In this document: positions 20,620-30,925 of the stretch, piece after piece
How the letters are laid out: each line of letters opens with the position of its first letter
Numbering within the stretch: position 1 is the stretch's first letter
Source: Candidatus Margulisiibacteriota bacterium
Lineage (GTDB): Bacteria > Margulisbacteria > WOR-1 > JAKLHX01 > JBAZKV01
Assembly (NCBI GenBank): GCA_041650635.1
Contig: JBAZKV010000008.1
Span: 2,253-66,252, forward strand
DNA length: 64,000 nt
Direction of reading: 5' to 3'
Notes under the pieces: model-generated
Databases searched by the model: none
What the model was told of the DNA's origin: nothing
What the model saw: the letters and a program-made list of their open reading frames with translations, nothing else
Position numbers and translations under genes: made by a program

Positions 20620-22293
20620 TTAATCCACTATCATTTCGTTTATGGGCTGCCCAGCCGGAACGAACGGAAAGACATTCTCTTCTCTTGCAATGACAAAATC
20701 TATGACTGTCGGCCTTTCCCTGTTGGCGATCGCCCTTTTCATGGCCGGGACAACCTCTTCCAGCTTGTGGACCCTTATGCCAAGCGCTCCGTACGCCTCC
20801 GCGATCTTTAAAAAATCCGGGTTATTGTTTAGGTCCGTATGGGAATACCTTCTGCCGTGCAAAAGTTCCTGCCACTGGCGCACCATTCCCAGATAGCCGT
20901 TGTTGAGTATCGCTATTATGACCGGGAGTTTATTGTTGACCGCGGTATTAAGTTCCTGGATGTTCATCTGGATGCTGCCGTCGCCGGCTATATCAATAAC
21001 AACCTTGTCGGGACAGCCGACCTGGGCGCCTATGGCCGCAGGAAATCCAAACCCCATGGTCCCAAGCCCTCCAGAAGTGATAAATGTTCTGGGCTTTGTA
21101 TAGCGATAGAATTGCGCCGCCCACATCTGGTTCTGGCCGACTTCCGTGGTTATTATCGCCTCTCCGGATGTTGCTTCGTAGATCTTTTCTATGACCTGCT
21201 GCGGCTTTAGGCTGCCGTCATTCTTAAAACAGAGAGGATGCTTATCCTTCCAGCCAAGGACCTGTTCCAGCCACGGGGTCTGCTGCTCCTTTTTTGACAG
21301 CTGCTTTATCAGAGCTTTCAGCACATTCTTAACATCCCCGACTATCGGAACATCGACCCCCACATTCTTGCCGATCTCCGCGGGATCTATGTCAATGTGT
21401 ATCACCTTGGCCTTGGGCGCAAAGTGGTCTATATGTCCTGTGACCCTGTCGTCAAAACGCGCGCCCACCGCTATCAGGAGGTCGCATTCCGTGACGGAAT
21501 AGTTGGCATAAACCGTACCGTGCATACCTAACATGCCCAGGGACAGATGGTGCGTTTCCGGGAACGCGCCCTTGCCAAGAAGGGTGGTAGTGGCAGGCGC
21601 CGATATCATTTCGGCAAGTTCAAGAAGTTCTTTGTCGGCTCCCGACATGATCACCCCTCCGCCGGCATATATCATCGGTTTTTCCGAAGAGCCGATAAGT
21701 TTTGCAGCGGCCGCTATCTGCTTGGGATGTCCGTGATAGGTCGGTTTATAGGCCGGCATGCTTATCTTTTCGGGATAAACGAACTCGGCTTTCTTGATCT
21801 GGATATCCTTTGGTATATCCACAAGGACCGGGCCTTTTCTGCCTGTGGAAGCAACATGGAACGCCTCTTTTATGACAGCGGGGATCTCTGCCGTGCTCTT
21901 GACAAGATAATTGTGCTTGGTTATTGGAAGAGTGATCCCGGTAATATCCGCTTCCTGGAATGAGTCCTTTCCCAGGAAAGCGGTCCCAACCTGACCGGTG
22001 ATGGCAACCATAGGGATGGAATCCATATGGGCATTGGCGATCGCGGTGACAAGGTTTGTTGCGCCCGGACCGGATGTTGCCAGACAAACGCCAGTCTTTC
22101 CGGTTGCCCTTGCATAACCGTCTGCCGCGTGCCCCGCCGCCTGCTCATGCCGGACCAGGATATGCTTTATTTCCTTGAAATTGTAAAGGGAATCATAAAT
22201 TGGCAGAACGGAGCCTCCTGGAAGACCAAATATAACTTCAACGCCTTCCTTTTTTAGAGATTCCAACAATGCGTCCGAGCCGGAAAGTTCCAT
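20620..22293 (-). CDS. ilvB: Acetolactate synthase large subunit
   Basis: [41 protein letters not shown]. Confidence 0.97.
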   Translation of the reverse strand: MELSGSDALLESLKKEGVEVIFGLPGGSVLPIYDSLYNFKEIKHILVRHEQAAGHAADGYARATGKTGVCLATSGPGATNLVTAIANAHMDSIPMVAITGQVGTAFLGKDSFQEADITGITLPITKHNYLVKSTAEIPAVIKEAFHVASTGRKGPVLVDIPKDIQIKKAEFVYPEKISMPAYKPTYHGHPKQIAAAAKLIGSSEKPMIYAGGGVIMSGADKELLELAEMISAPATTTLLGKGAFPETHHLSLGMLGMHGTVYANYSVTECDLLIAVGARFDDRVTGHIDHFAPKAKVIHIDIDPAEIGKNVGVDVPIVGDVKNVLKALIKQLSKKEQQTPWLEQVLGWKDKHPLCFKNDGSLKPQQVIEKIYEATSGEAIITTEVGQNQMWAAQFYRYTKPRTFITSGGLGTMGFGFPAAIGAQVGCPDKVVIDIAGDGSIQMNIQELNTAVNNKLPVIIAILNNGYLGMVRQWQELLHGRRYSHTDLNNNPDFLKIAEAYGALGIRVHKLEEVVPAMKRAIANRERPTVIDFVIAREENVFPFVPAGQPINEMIVD

Positions 22294-22354
22294 AAAGGGG
22301 CCTTTCTGTATTTGATATATTTTACCAAATTATGGAGAGGGGCGCAACCAAGCA

Positions 22355-22444
22355 CCCGAACCTAAAGGTTCGGCTCCAGGAGCCGACCTGCCCGCCATCC
22401 CGCCGAGCCGGGAAGGCTTGGCAGGCGGGTGCTTTAGCGTCGGG
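22355..22444. repeat. BIME-like hairpin pair with a nested 43-nt CCTGCCCGCC..GGCAGGCGGG hairpin
   Basis: CCCGAACCTAAAGGTTCGGCTCC, then GGAGCCGAC[43 nt]GCTTTAGCGTCGGG; compare the intact copy at 17974-17996. Confidence 0.8.
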
Positions 22445-24097
22445 CTAAGTTTTTAATACTGCTCCTGTGCTTGCGCTTGTTACAAAATGCGCATATCTGG
22501 CAAGATAACCTGTCAGTTTTTTCTTTAACGGTTTGAAATTTTTGAGCCTCTTTGAGATCTCTTCTTGGCTGACCTTAAGCTCAAGCTTTCTGTCAGGTAT
22601 GTTTATTTCTATCTCATCTCCGTCCTTTATGACTCCAATAGGGCCGCCTTCCGCCGCTTCGGGAGAAACATGCCCGACAGCCGGACCTCTGGTGCCTCCG
22701 GAAAACCTTCCGTCCGTTATGAGGCCGACTTTATCGCCAAGGCCCATCCCCACAATTGCAGCCGTAGGAGAAAGCATTTCCCTCATTCCTGGGCCGCCTT
22801 TGGGCCCTTCATAGCGGATAACCACAACATCCCCGGCCTTTATCTTTCCTTCCATTATGGCCTCCATTCCCGCCTCTTCCCCGTCAAAGCACTTTGCTTT
22901 TCCTATTATGACCCTCGCGCTCTCATTAACCGCGCTCTGCTTGACAACGGAGCCGTCCGGGGCAAGATTTCCTTTTAGGACCGCGATCCCTCCTTCTTTA
23001 TGATAAGCGCTGGCAAGGTCCCTTATGACGGAACTGTCGTAGACTTCGGCTTCTTTTGCGAGCTGCTTGACGGATTTGCCGCTTACGGTAGGGTTGTCCG
23101 CTATCATGTTTACAAGGACCTTCATCGCGGCCTGAACCCCTCCGGCATATTCAAAATCCTCCATAAAATGCTCGCCTCCTGGCCGGAGATTGGTTATATG
23201 AGGCGTAACTTTGCTGATTTCTTCTATGGTATCAAGGCCGACTTCAACTCCGACCTCATGCGCTATTGCCGGGATGTGAAGACAGGAGTTTGTCGAGCCT
23301 CCAAGCGCCATATCAATTCTTATCCCGTTCATCACTGCTTCTTTTGTCATTATTTTGCGAGAGGTGATATTGTTTTTGACCAGTTCCACTATCTTTTCCC
23401 CGCTCTTATAAGCTATCATCCTCTTTTTTGATGAAACAGCCAGCGCGGTCCCGCAGCCCGGAAGGGACATCCCCATTGCCTCGGTAACGCAGGCCATTGT
23501 GTTAGCCGTATAAAGTCCGGCACAGGAACCAACCCCGGGACAGGCGCACATCTCAAGTTCTTCAAGCTCCTTATGAGATATCTTGCCCTGCTGGCAGGCA
23601 GCCAGCGCTTCAAAAGTATCTCTCACCAGGTCCGTTCTCCTGCCTTTGTGCCTTCCTGCAAGCATGGGGCCGACATTGACAATTATGCAGGGAATATCCA
23701 GCCTTCCTGCAGCCATAAGCATGCCCGGAGTGATCTTATCGCAGGCGGTCAAAAGGACCAGGCCGTCAAGCGCATGGGCTTTTGCAACGGTCTCGACCTC
23801 ATCAGCTATCAATTCCCTCGAAGGAAGAGAAAAATGCATCCCGTCATGCCCCATTGCAATACCGTCGCAGATAGCCGGCAGGCCGAACTCAAAAGCAACC
23901 CCTCCCCCGCTGTGCACGCCCTTTGCGATGATCTGTGAAAGGTCTCTCATGCTAATGTGCCCGGGTACCAGGTCCGTGAAACTGTTTGCGACCCCTATGA
24001 AAGGTTTTTCAAGGCTTCCTTTTGTCACGCCTGTAGCATGCAGCAGTGACCTGTGGGGCGCTCTTTCTATGCCTTTTTTTACGCTGTCGCTTTTCAT
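22445..24097 (-). CDS. ilvD: Dihydroxy-acid dehydratase
   Basis: [32 protein letters not shown]. Start MKSD at 24097 with GGAGG RBS. Confidence 0.97.
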   Translation of the reverse strand: MKSDSVKKGIERAPHRSLLHATGVTKGSLEKPFIGVANSFTDLVPGHISMRDLSQIIAKGVHSGGGVAFEFGLPAICDGIAMGHDGMHFSLPSRELIADEVETVAKAHALDGLVLLTACDKITPGMLMAAGRLDIPCIIVNVGPMLAGRHKGRRTDLVRDTFEALAACQQGKISHKELEELEMCACPGVGSCAGLYTANTMACVTEAMGMSLPGCGTALAVSSKKRMIAYKSGEKIVELVKNNITSRKIMTKEAVMNGIRIDMALGGSTNSCLHIPAIAHEVGVEVGLDTIEEISKVTPHITNLRPGGEHFMEDFEYAGGVQAAMKVLVNMIADNPTVSGKSVKQLAKEAEVYDSSVIRDLASAYHKEGGIAVLKGNLAPDGSVVKQSAVNESARVIIGKAKCFDGEEAGMEAIMEGKIKAGDVVVIRYEGPKGGPGMREMLSPTAAIVGMGLGDKVGLITDGRFSGGTRGPAVGHVSPEAAEGGPIGVIKDGDEIEINIPDRKLELKVSQEEISKRLKNFKPLKKKLTGYLARYAHFVTSASTGAVLKT

Positions 24098-24201
24098 GAG
24101 GACACCTCCAGGATATGTTAATGGAATTATATCATCTGCAGGCGGTGTTTTTTGCATACAGATGTCCAGCCCGGCATCAGCAGAAGAATACAGGTCTTAG
24201 T

Positions 24202-24230
24202 TTGACACCTTTTTTCTACACTGCTAACAT
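24202..24230 (+). promoter_or_regulatory. Sigma70-type promoter for the NSS transporter
   Basis: TTGACA-17 nt-TAACAT with a TG extension. Confidence 0.7.
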
Positions 24231-24243
24231 ATGTCTATCCAAA

Positions 24244-25821
24244 ATGGCCGAAGCAAAAAAAGACCGCTGGAGTTCAAAATTAGGAGTTATCCTTGCAGTT
24301 GCGGGCTCTGCCGTCGGGCTGGGGAACTTTCTGCGGTTCCCTTCGCAGGCGGCAAACAACGGCGGCGGCGCTTTCATGATCCCATACTTTATCTCCCTTC
24401 TTCTGATCGGTATTCCTCTTATGTGGATCGAGTGGTCTATTGGAAGGTACGGCGGAGTGCACGGGCATTCTACCGCTCCGGGAATGCTGCACCGACTTTG
24501 GAAGCACAGACTGTCTAAATATTTTGGGGTTATCGGCATCTTCGGTCCTCTGGTTATTTTTATCTATTATGTCTACATCGAATCCTGGCTCTTGGGTTAC
24601 TGCTACTACTCTCTGACAGGACTTTTGACCAGCCTTCCGGACAAGACCTCTATGGCACAGTTCCTAGCAGGCTATCAGGGTCTTGCTTCAAACCAATATT
24701 TTAACGGCATTTCTTCGGCATATATCTTTTTTGCCATAACCTTTGCGCTAAACATGTGGATAATCTTCAGGGGCGTTTCAAAAGGGATAGAGCTGCTATG
24801 CAAGGTGGCCATGCCGGCGCTTTTTATAGCCGCTGTTATCATCCTGCTTAGAGTGGTAACGCTGGGCGCCCCCGACCTTGCCAGGCCGGACTGGAACATA
24901 TTTAACGGTTTCGGGTTCTTATGGAACCCTGACTTTTCCGCACTTCTTAGCGCCAGGACCTGGCTTGCGGCCGCAGGACAGATGTTCTTTACGCTTAGCG
25001 TGGGGATAGGCGTTATCCTGACTTATGCAAGCTATCTTAAAAGGGGCGATGACATAGCTCTTTCGGGGTTGTCGGCGGCTTCGACAAATGAACTGGCAGA
25101 GGTGATCCTGGGAGGGAGCATAATAATTCCTCTTGCCTTTGCTTTTTTCGGGCCGGACGGCATAAAGGAGATCGCCTCAAGCGGCACATTCAATCTCGGC
25201 TTTATTACAATGCCTCTCATCTTTTCCAAGATATCATTCGGGGCTGTTTTCGCCTTCTTGTGGTTCTTTCTTCTTTTCTTGGCGGGACTGACCTCTTCTG
25301 TTTCGCTTATTGAGCCGACAGTAGCTTTTGTCCGGGACGATTTTAAGCTTTCCAGAAAAAAAGCTGCCTCGTTCGTTGCCGCAGCAACTTTCATCCTGTG
25401 CCAGCCGGTCATATTCTTTTTTGGCAGAGGTGTTTTGGATGAGATGGACTTCTGGGGAGGGACCTTCTGCCTGGTCCTGTTCGGCACGGTAGAGGCTCTG
25501 CTGTTAGTCTGGGCTTTCGGCATCGACAGGGCCTGGGAAGAGATCCATCACGGAGCTCAGCTCAGGATCCCTGGGTTCTACAAATGGATCATTAAATATG
25601 TCACGCCTTCGCTTCTACTGGCTATCCTGATCTCCTGGTTCGTTCAGCAGGGCTGGTCGACCATCCTAATGAAAGGCGTTGACCCCGCAAATGCGCCTTA
25701 CATCCTTTGGACTAGGATCGGCTTGCTGTCGGTCTTTTTTGCTCTGGCGCTGCTGGTAAGGATATCCTGGAAAAGGGCTTCGACCCCCTCCGCTGGCTCA
25801 GCCCAAGGAGAAGAAAAATGA
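24244..25821 (+). CDS. Sodium-dependent transporter, NSS/SNF family
   Basis: GSAVGLGNFLRFP, GGGAFMIPY, W..AAGQMFFTLS; many TM segments. Start MAEAKK at 24244. Confidence 0.93.
   Translation: MAEAKKDRWSSKLGVILAVAGSAVGLGNFLRFPSQAANNGGGAFMIPYFISLLLIGIPLMWIEWSIGRYGGVHGHSTAPGMLHRLWKHRLSKYFGVIGIFGPLVIFIYYVYIESWLLGYCYYSLTGLLTSLPDKTSMAQFLAGYQGLASNQYFNGISSAYIFFAITFALNMWIIFRGVSKGIELLCKVAMPALFIAAVIILLRVVTLGAPDLARPDWNIFNGFGFLWNPDFSALLSARTWLAAAGQMFFTLSVGIGVILTYASYLKRGDDIALSGLSAASTNELAEVILGGSIIIPLAFAFFGPDGIKEIASSGTFNLGFITMPLIFSKISFGAVFAFLWFFLLFLAGLTSSVSLIEPTVAFVRDDFKLSRKKAASFVAAATFILCQPVIFFFGRGVLDEMDFWGGTFCLVLFGTVEALLLVWAFGIDRAWEEIHHGAQLRIPGFYKWIIKYVTPSLLLAILISWFVQQGWSTILMKGVDPANAPYILWTRIGLLSVFFALALLVRISWKRASTPSAGSAQGEEK
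25776..25807 (+). repeat. Variant TCGAC..GCTC module encoding the NSS C-terminal tail
   Basis: GGCT-TCGAC-11 nt-GCTC-AGCC-CAAG; stem differs from the leuS copies but still pairs. Confidence 0.6.
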
Positions 25822-25925
25822 ACTTGTTCGGCTGGCTCTTCCTCATCTTCTCCTGGGCTCTGATACTGGGGCTGTGCGCATTTTGTTTTTACAGGGTATT
25901 GGTCGAAAAAGAAGAGGAGCTGTAG
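25818..25925 (+). CDS. 35-aa single-TM protein, probable NSS transporter small subunit (not in ORF track)
   Basis: MNLFGWLFLIFSWALILGLCAFCFYRVLVEKEEEL; ATGA overlap with the NSS stop and AGGAG RBS. Confidence 0.75.
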   Translation: MNLFGWLFLIFSWALILGLCAFCFYRVLVEKEEEL

Positions 25926-25958
25926 TCCCTCGCGTTGTTTTTTTGCTATCATTGTTGC

Positions 25959-27473
25959 ATGAAGAAGATACTATCCGCAGCATTGATCTTGTTTTTTCTT
26001 TCCGCATCGCTTGGAGCAGCTGTGCTTAACGGCCTCCGCCACAGCAGCGACAGCGAAAAGATCAGGCTTGTTCTTGACCTTGATTCCACGGCAGTTTTCC
26101 GCCACAGCTTATCAGACACCGGGATAACGCTTGAAATAGATGATTCTGTGGCGGCAGAAGGTCTTTCGGAGTACAGGATCCTTGATGCATTGCTCGGCCC
26201 AATTTCTATGACAGGCTCAAATAGGACCCTCAAAATAACGATCCCGACCCATTACAGGGTCGAAGGCCGGGTCTTTGCTCTGTCGCAGCCGGACAGGATA
26301 GTTGTTGACATAAACCGCACGGAAATATCCCAAGCCCCCGCCTCAGAACAATCCCCCAAAGCCAGAAAAACTCCGTTTGAGCTTCCCTCATGGTTCGGTA
26401 AAGCTCAGGAAATATCAGAAGGCCTCTATTATCTTCCGATCGATCAGGACATAAAAGGTAAAGCCGTCAGGTCGCACGCGGTCCTGGCATCACTAACAAA
26501 ATTAGATCTGACCCCGGCAATAGTCGTGCCGCAGATCAAGGGAAAGGATACCGTTCCGGTATTCAGCCCGTTGTTCGATTTTTTTGGCAGGCTTTTTGGA
26601 GAAGAAAAAGAGGAACGCTATGTTCACTTTACCAGAAGAACGGTCAATACCTTTGTCAAATCGCTCGGAGGCCTTGCCGGGGTGAACGGGACCTTTTTTG
26701 GGGCGGGGGGAACTCCGCTGGGGGTATTGATAATCGACGGACAGCTGGTATCTTCTCCCTTGTTCAACAGGACAGCGCTTATAGTGAGTAAGGACGGCAG
26801 TGCAAGGATAGCACCGGTAAAAATGGAAGGGTATCTAAAACTTGAGAACGGCCAGACACTGGGGTTTTCCGCCCTTAATCAGCCGGTGGGACAGAATCAG
26901 ATCGTTGTCCAGACCCCTTATTACCAGATGACCGACCCGTCCGGAGCCACTACCAACATTGTTGTTGAAGATGACAGAGTGGTCGATATCACATACGGCG
27001 AAACAAAAGTTCCCGGAAGAGGGTTCGTGGTCTGTGCCAACGGCGCTGCCGGCGAGGCGATAAGGCCCCTGTTCAAAAAAGGCGATACCGTGAAGTGGTT
27101 CTTTATCACGTCTCCGCCGTTTGACAATATAAAACATGTTATCGGAGGAGGCCCCAGGCTCGTGCAAAAAGGATATGTTAATGTCACTTCAATTGAGGAG
27201 AATTTTAGGAGGGATGTTGCCTCCGGCAGAGCGGCCCGTACTGCGGTCGGCATAACAAAAAGCGGAGATATCATACTTGCGATGGTGGAAAAGAACCAGG
27301 CCAGCATAGGCGCCACGCTTGAAGAACTGGCATCTCTTATGGTAAAACTCGGGGCCTATGAAGCTATGAACTTTGACGGGGGAGGCTCTTCTGCTCTTTC
27401 GATAAGCGGAAAATCGATGAACAGCGGCTCGCCCAGAGCGGTCAGCAACGCCATCGTGGTCATTCCCAAATAA
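25959..27473 (+). CDS. Phosphodiester glycosidase (NAGPA/DUF2233) family protein with N-terminal AMIN-like domain
   Basis: Signal peptide, IRLVLDL and PDRIVVD, VNGTFF, ARTAVG, AMNFDGGGSS. Confidence 0.85.
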   Translation: MKKILSAALILFFLSASLGAAVLNGLRHSSDSEKIRLVLDLDSTAVFRHSLSDTGITLEIDDSVAAEGLSEYRILDALLGPISMTGSNRTLKITIPTHYRVEGRVFALSQPDRIVVDINRTEISQAPASEQSPKARKTPFELPSWFGKAQEISEGLYYLPIDQDIKGKAVRSHAVLASLTKLDLTPAIVVPQIKGKDTVPVFSPLFDFFGRLFGEEKEERYVHFTRRTVNTFVKSLGGLAGVNGTFFGAGGTPLGVLIIDGQLVSSPLFNRTALIVSKDGSARIAPVKMEGYLKLENGQTLGFSALNQPVGQNQIVVQTPYYQMTDPSGATTNIVVEDDRVVDITYGETKVPGRGFVVCANGAAGEAIRPLFKKGDTVKWFFITSPPFDNIKHVIGGGPRLVQKGYVNVTSIEENFRRDVASGRAARTAVGITKSGDIILAMVEKNQASIGATLEELASLMVKLGAYEAMNFDGGGSSALSISGKSMNSGSPRAVSNAIVVIPK

Positions 27474-28428
27474 AGCTGTCCCCTGCCTCTATCCTGTAGC
27501 CCCGTGCGAACTCCAGAGAGGACATCGCTTTGGAATTTTCCGGCTGGACCCGCGTTATCAATAGGCCGCCTTCACCCGTGGAGATCACAATTCCCTGATC
27601 TTTTATGACATCCATGACCCGGCCGGGGGGTGCATCAGAAGATCCGGTAAAGACGCCCCGGCGGGGCGTCTTTACAAAGAGTTTTCCATCCAACAGTTTT
27701 ATTACCGTCCCCTTATATCTGCATACCGCCCCCGGCCAAGGAGTAAAGGCCCTTATCTTGTTCCTGATCTCTTCCGCAGGTCTGGAAAAATCTATGATGC
27801 CATCCGTTTTCTTGATCGTCGCGCAATATGAGGCAAGGGATTCCTCTTGCCGCCTTGACCCTATGCCCTTGACCCTATCATTATCGCTTAAAACTCTCAA
27901 CAATAATCCCGCTCCCGCCTTGAACAATTTATCCGTCAATGTCCCTGAATTGTCTTCGTCATTTATAACGATCTTTTCCTGGGCTATTATGTCCCCTGCG
28001 TCAAGGCGTTCAATTATCTTCATGATAGTAACACCGGTCTCTTTGTCGCCGTTCAATAGTGCCGCCTGAACTGGCGAGGCTCCGCGGTATTTCGGAAGAA
28101 ATGACGCATGAACATTGATACAGCCATATTTTGGAATATCCAGGAATTCTTTTGTCAGTATCTTTCCGTAAGCAACAACAACAATAAGATCAGGTTTTAT
28201 CCGGGAGATCTCTTTAACGAATGCGGCATCCCCGACGTTTTCCGGTTTATAAACCGGCAGGTTATGTTCTTTTGCCAGGGCTGAGACCTTTGAGCTTAGG
28301 ACCCTTAACCCTCTGCCGGTGGGCTTGTCGGGCCGGGATATCACCGCGGCCACATCCTTTTTGGCGGAAAGCAGGCAGGAAAGGATATCCGCAGCGCCTT
28401 GGGGGGTCCCCATGAAAACGAGCCTCAT
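27460..28428 (-). CDS. fmt: Methionyl-tRNA formyltransferase
   Basis: RLVFMGTP, INVHASFLPKYRGASP, LDAGDI, FTPWPGA. Confidence 0.96.
   Translation of the reverse strand: MRLVFMGTPQGAADILSCLLSAKKDVAAVISRPDKPTGRGLRVLSSKVSALAKEHNLPVYKPENVGDAAFVKEISRIKPDLIVVVAYGKILTKEFLDIPKYGCINVHASFLPKYRGASPVQAALLNGDKETGVTIMKIIERLDAGDIIAQEKIVINDEDNSGTLTDKLFKAGAGLLLRVLSDNDRVKGIGSRRQEESLASYCATIKKTDGIIDFSRPAEEIRNKIRAFTPWPGAVCRYKGTVIKLLDGKLFVKTPRRGVFTGSSDAPPGRVMDVIKDQGIVISTGEGGLLITRVQPENSKAMSSLEFARGYRIEAGDSFIWE
27647..27675. repeat. 29-nt REP-like palindrome inside fmt (VKTPRRGVFT)
   Basis: GTAAAGACGCCCC-GGC-GGGGCGTCTTTAC, a perfect 13-bp inverted repeat. Confidence 0.88.
27853..27880. repeat. Heptamer tract inside fmt
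   Basis: CCTTGAC CCTATGC CCTTGAC CCTATCA. Confidence 0.55.
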
Positions 28429-28910
28429 ATCGTTTCGTCTTTTCCCGGTTTTGTATGCCTTATTCTGGAAGGGTCTTTTATCCTGTCAACAAAAAGCACG
28501 CCGTCCAGATGATCGATCTCATGCTGAAGAACTATAGCAAGATAGCCTTCAGCATCGATGCAAAGAGGTTCTCCGTTTTTATCCAAACCTTTTACAAGGA
28601 CCTTTTCGCTCCTTTCGACCTGGCCCTCTATACCGGGGACCGAAAGACAGCCTTCGTAGAACATGCACTTGCCGCTTTTCTTCTGTATCTTTGGATTGAT
28701 AAGCGCCACAAGCCCCTGCCCCACATCGGCAATTATAATTCTCTGTGAGACGCCCACCTGAGGAGCGGCAAGCCCCACACCCGGGGCAAGGCGCATAGTC
28801 TCTTCCATGTCCTCGATCAGTTTTTTGGTTTCGGGCAGGACTTTCGCGACAGACCTTGACTTTTTCCTTAGGATCGGGTTGCCGTCGGTAAGTATCTTTA
28901 AAGCCGCCAT
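28425..28910 (-). CDS. def: Peptide deformylase
   Basis: GVGLAAPQVG, EGCLSVP, QHEIDHLDG. Confidence 0.97.
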   Translation of the reverse strand: MAALKILTDGNPILRKKSRSVAKVLPETKKLIEDMEETMRLAPGVGLAAPQVGVSQRIIIADVGQGLVALINPKIQKKSGKCMFYEGCLSVPGIEGQVERSEKVLVKGLDKNGEPLCIDAEGYLAIVLQHEIDHLDGVLFVDRIKDPSRIRHTKPGKDETI

Positions 28911-28921
28911 ATAGTGCCTTT

Positions 28922-30916
28922 CTATCCCAGGTTAACGGGATCAACATCAACGCTCAGTCTTATCTGCCTGTTCTTTGACAGGACAGCAACCATCTCTTTG
29001 AGCTTTGATTTAATGATAGCCAAATCCTGTCCCTTAATCAACATCTGATATCTGACCATACCGCGAAGTTTTTCCAGAGGGGCTTTTACCGGCCCCAGTA
29101 TCTCTATTGTCCGATCAAAGGCTTTGAGCTGCGAACAAATCTGCAGCGCCTCTTGCCTTACCGCCTCCCGGTCTTTTCCGGAGAGTATCACATTGATCAG
29201 GAAAGAGAACGGAGGATATCCGAAATCCTTTCTGGACATTATCTCCGTGGCATAGAACTTTTTGTAGTCCCCTTCCACCGCGCTTGTGACGGCATAATGC
29301 TGAGGATTAAGGGTTTGGATCACAACCCTGTCCGGAGGTATAGCGTTGTTATCTCCTGCGGTTATACGAAAAAGGAAGTCGAACGCGGACTCGGCCGCCC
29401 GAAAGTCGGGAGAGTTCAGTGCTGCGTCCGCCGAGATCACCGCGACAAGCCCGAACTTCTTTTTTGGCAGGGCCTTTAGCACCATCTGCGTCCCTATAAG
29501 CACCTGCGCTTCGTCCTTTACAAAGGCCTCAAGAGCTATCGAAGCGTTCTTTTTGGAACTGAGGTTGTCCCTGTCTATCCTTATGGTCCTGACCTTCGGG
29601 AACAGTTTTCCTATCTCGGATTCTATCTTCTGGGTCCCCGCACCGAAATAATTGATCGAATGGCTGAAGCATTTAGGACACACGATCTTTTTTTCCGAAA
29701 GAAAACCGCATCTGTGGCACCTGATAGTGCCATCCGGAGAATGATATGTAAGGGAAAGCGAACAGTTGGGACATTCTATCGCATTACCGCAGGCGCCGCA
29801 GACCAAAAATGGTGCGTATCCCCTCCTGTTCTGGATCAACATTACCGGCTTTTGTTCATCAAGCGATCGCGCTATCTCTTCCTTTAGAACTGAGCTTAAC
29901 TGCCTTGACCTTTCTTCCTTTGTGTCAACAACAAGGATCTCCGGCTTGCTGTCATTGACGATTTGATCTTTCTCGCTAAAAAAATACTTTCCGTTCTGAG
30001 CCCTAAAAAAAGACTCTACGCTTGGGCTTGAAGAGCTCAGGATCAACCGGGCGGACAGTTTTTCTGCCATGAACAAAGCGGTATCCCTAACATGGTATTT
30101 GGGGGTCTGCTCGGATTTATAGGTGAACTCGTTTTCATCCTCAACAATAATAAGTCCGGGATAGTGCACGGGCGCAAATATCGCGCTTCTTGTCCCTATG
30201 GCTATTTTTGCTTTCCCCAGGTACAGCCTTTCCCATTCACAAAACCTTTCTTTTTCGGTCATATTGCTATGGATAACGGCAACAATATCTCCGAAGTTCT
30301 TTTTGAATTCTTCCACGAACCGGTTGTCATGGCCTATCTCGGGCAGAAGCAGTATGACCCCCCTGTTTTCTGAAAGGGTTTTCTGGGCCTCTTTAATGTA
30401 TGTACCCGTCCTTTCTGACAAACCCGCATTAAAAAGCAGGACAGGCTTCCCAGCATCTTTCTTAGTTTGTTCTTTGGGAATTGGAAATTGTTTGCCCCGA
30501 TCCCTGTCGAGGGGGAAATTGCTTGCCCCGAGCCCTGTCGAGGGGGAAATTGGAAATTCTATCCTTCTCTTCCCCGCCGTCTTCTCATAAGCCTCTATCC
30601 CCGGAGGAAGGAACAGCCTTAGGGCGCTGCCGAACAGGCAGCAGTAGTAAAAAGAGATCCACTTTGCTGTCTCAACTGAGCGTCGGGAAAACAGAGGAAC
30701 TCTGGTCCTTATCTCAAGTATTTCTTTAAGGCGCTCTACCCCGGCTGGGGCTTCTTTTGAAATAGCCGTGATATAGCCGACCGCTTTTGCCCTGCCAAAA
30801 GGGATAAGCACCTGAATCCCGACAGCAGCTCTTGAGGTTGATTCCGCAGGGATCTTATATGTATATTCTTTGTCGGTCTGGGGAGAAACCTTGGAAAGGA
30901 CTACCTGGACATACAT
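28922..30916 (-). CDS. priA: Primosomal protein N' (PriA)
   Basis: LLPEI, GTRSAIFAP, NRRGYAP, Cys-rich zinc motifs, GTQKIE, VDVDP terminus. Walker A region looks degenerate. Confidence 0.9.
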   Translation of the reverse strand: MYVQVVLSKVSPQTDKEYTYKIPAESTSRAAVGIQVLIPFGRAKAVGYITAISKEAPAGVERLKEILEIRTRVPLFSRRSVETAKWISFYYCCLFGSALRLFLPPGIEAYEKTAGKRRIEFPISPSTGLGASNFPLDRDRGKQFPIPKEQTKKDAGKPVLLFNAGLSERTGTYIKEAQKTLSENRGVILLLPEIGHDNRFVEEFKKNFGDIVAVIHSNMTEKERFCEWERLYLGKAKIAIGTRSAIFAPVHYPGLIIVEDENEFTYKSEQTPKYHVRDTALFMAEKLSARLILSSSSPSVESFFRAQNGKYFFSEKDQIVNDSKPEILVVDTKEERSRQLSSVLKEEIARSLDEQKPVMLIQNRRGYAPFLVCGACGNAIECPNCSLSLTYHSPDGTIRCHRCGFLSEKKIVCPKCFSHSINYFGAGTQKIESEIGKLFPKVRTIRIDRDNLSSKKNASIALEAFVKDEAQVLIGTQMVLKALPKKKFGLVAVISADAALNSPDFRAAESAFDFLFRITAGDNNAIPPDRVVIQTLNPQHYAVTSAVEGDYKKFYATEIMSRKDFGYPPFSFLINVILSGKDREAVRQEALQICSQLKAFDRTIEILGPVKAPLEKLRGMVRYQMLIKGQDLAIIKSKLKEMVAVLSKNRQIRLSVDVDPVNLG
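30474..30558. repeat. Heptamer tract interrupted by two 24-nt hairpin modules inside priA
   Basis: TTGGAAA units; two are split TTG|24 nt|GAAA, with inserts at 30491-30514 and 30522-30545. Confidence 0.85.
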
Positions 30917-30925
30917 GACAGATAT

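Noticed and set aside
22334-22350. GGAGAGGGGCGCAACCA as a tRNA 3' remnant
   Set aside because: No T-arm or acceptor complement.
24098-24243. Overlapping N-terminal extensions of ilvD and the NSS transporter
   Set aside because: A better RBS (ilvD) and a promoter (NSS) support the later starts.
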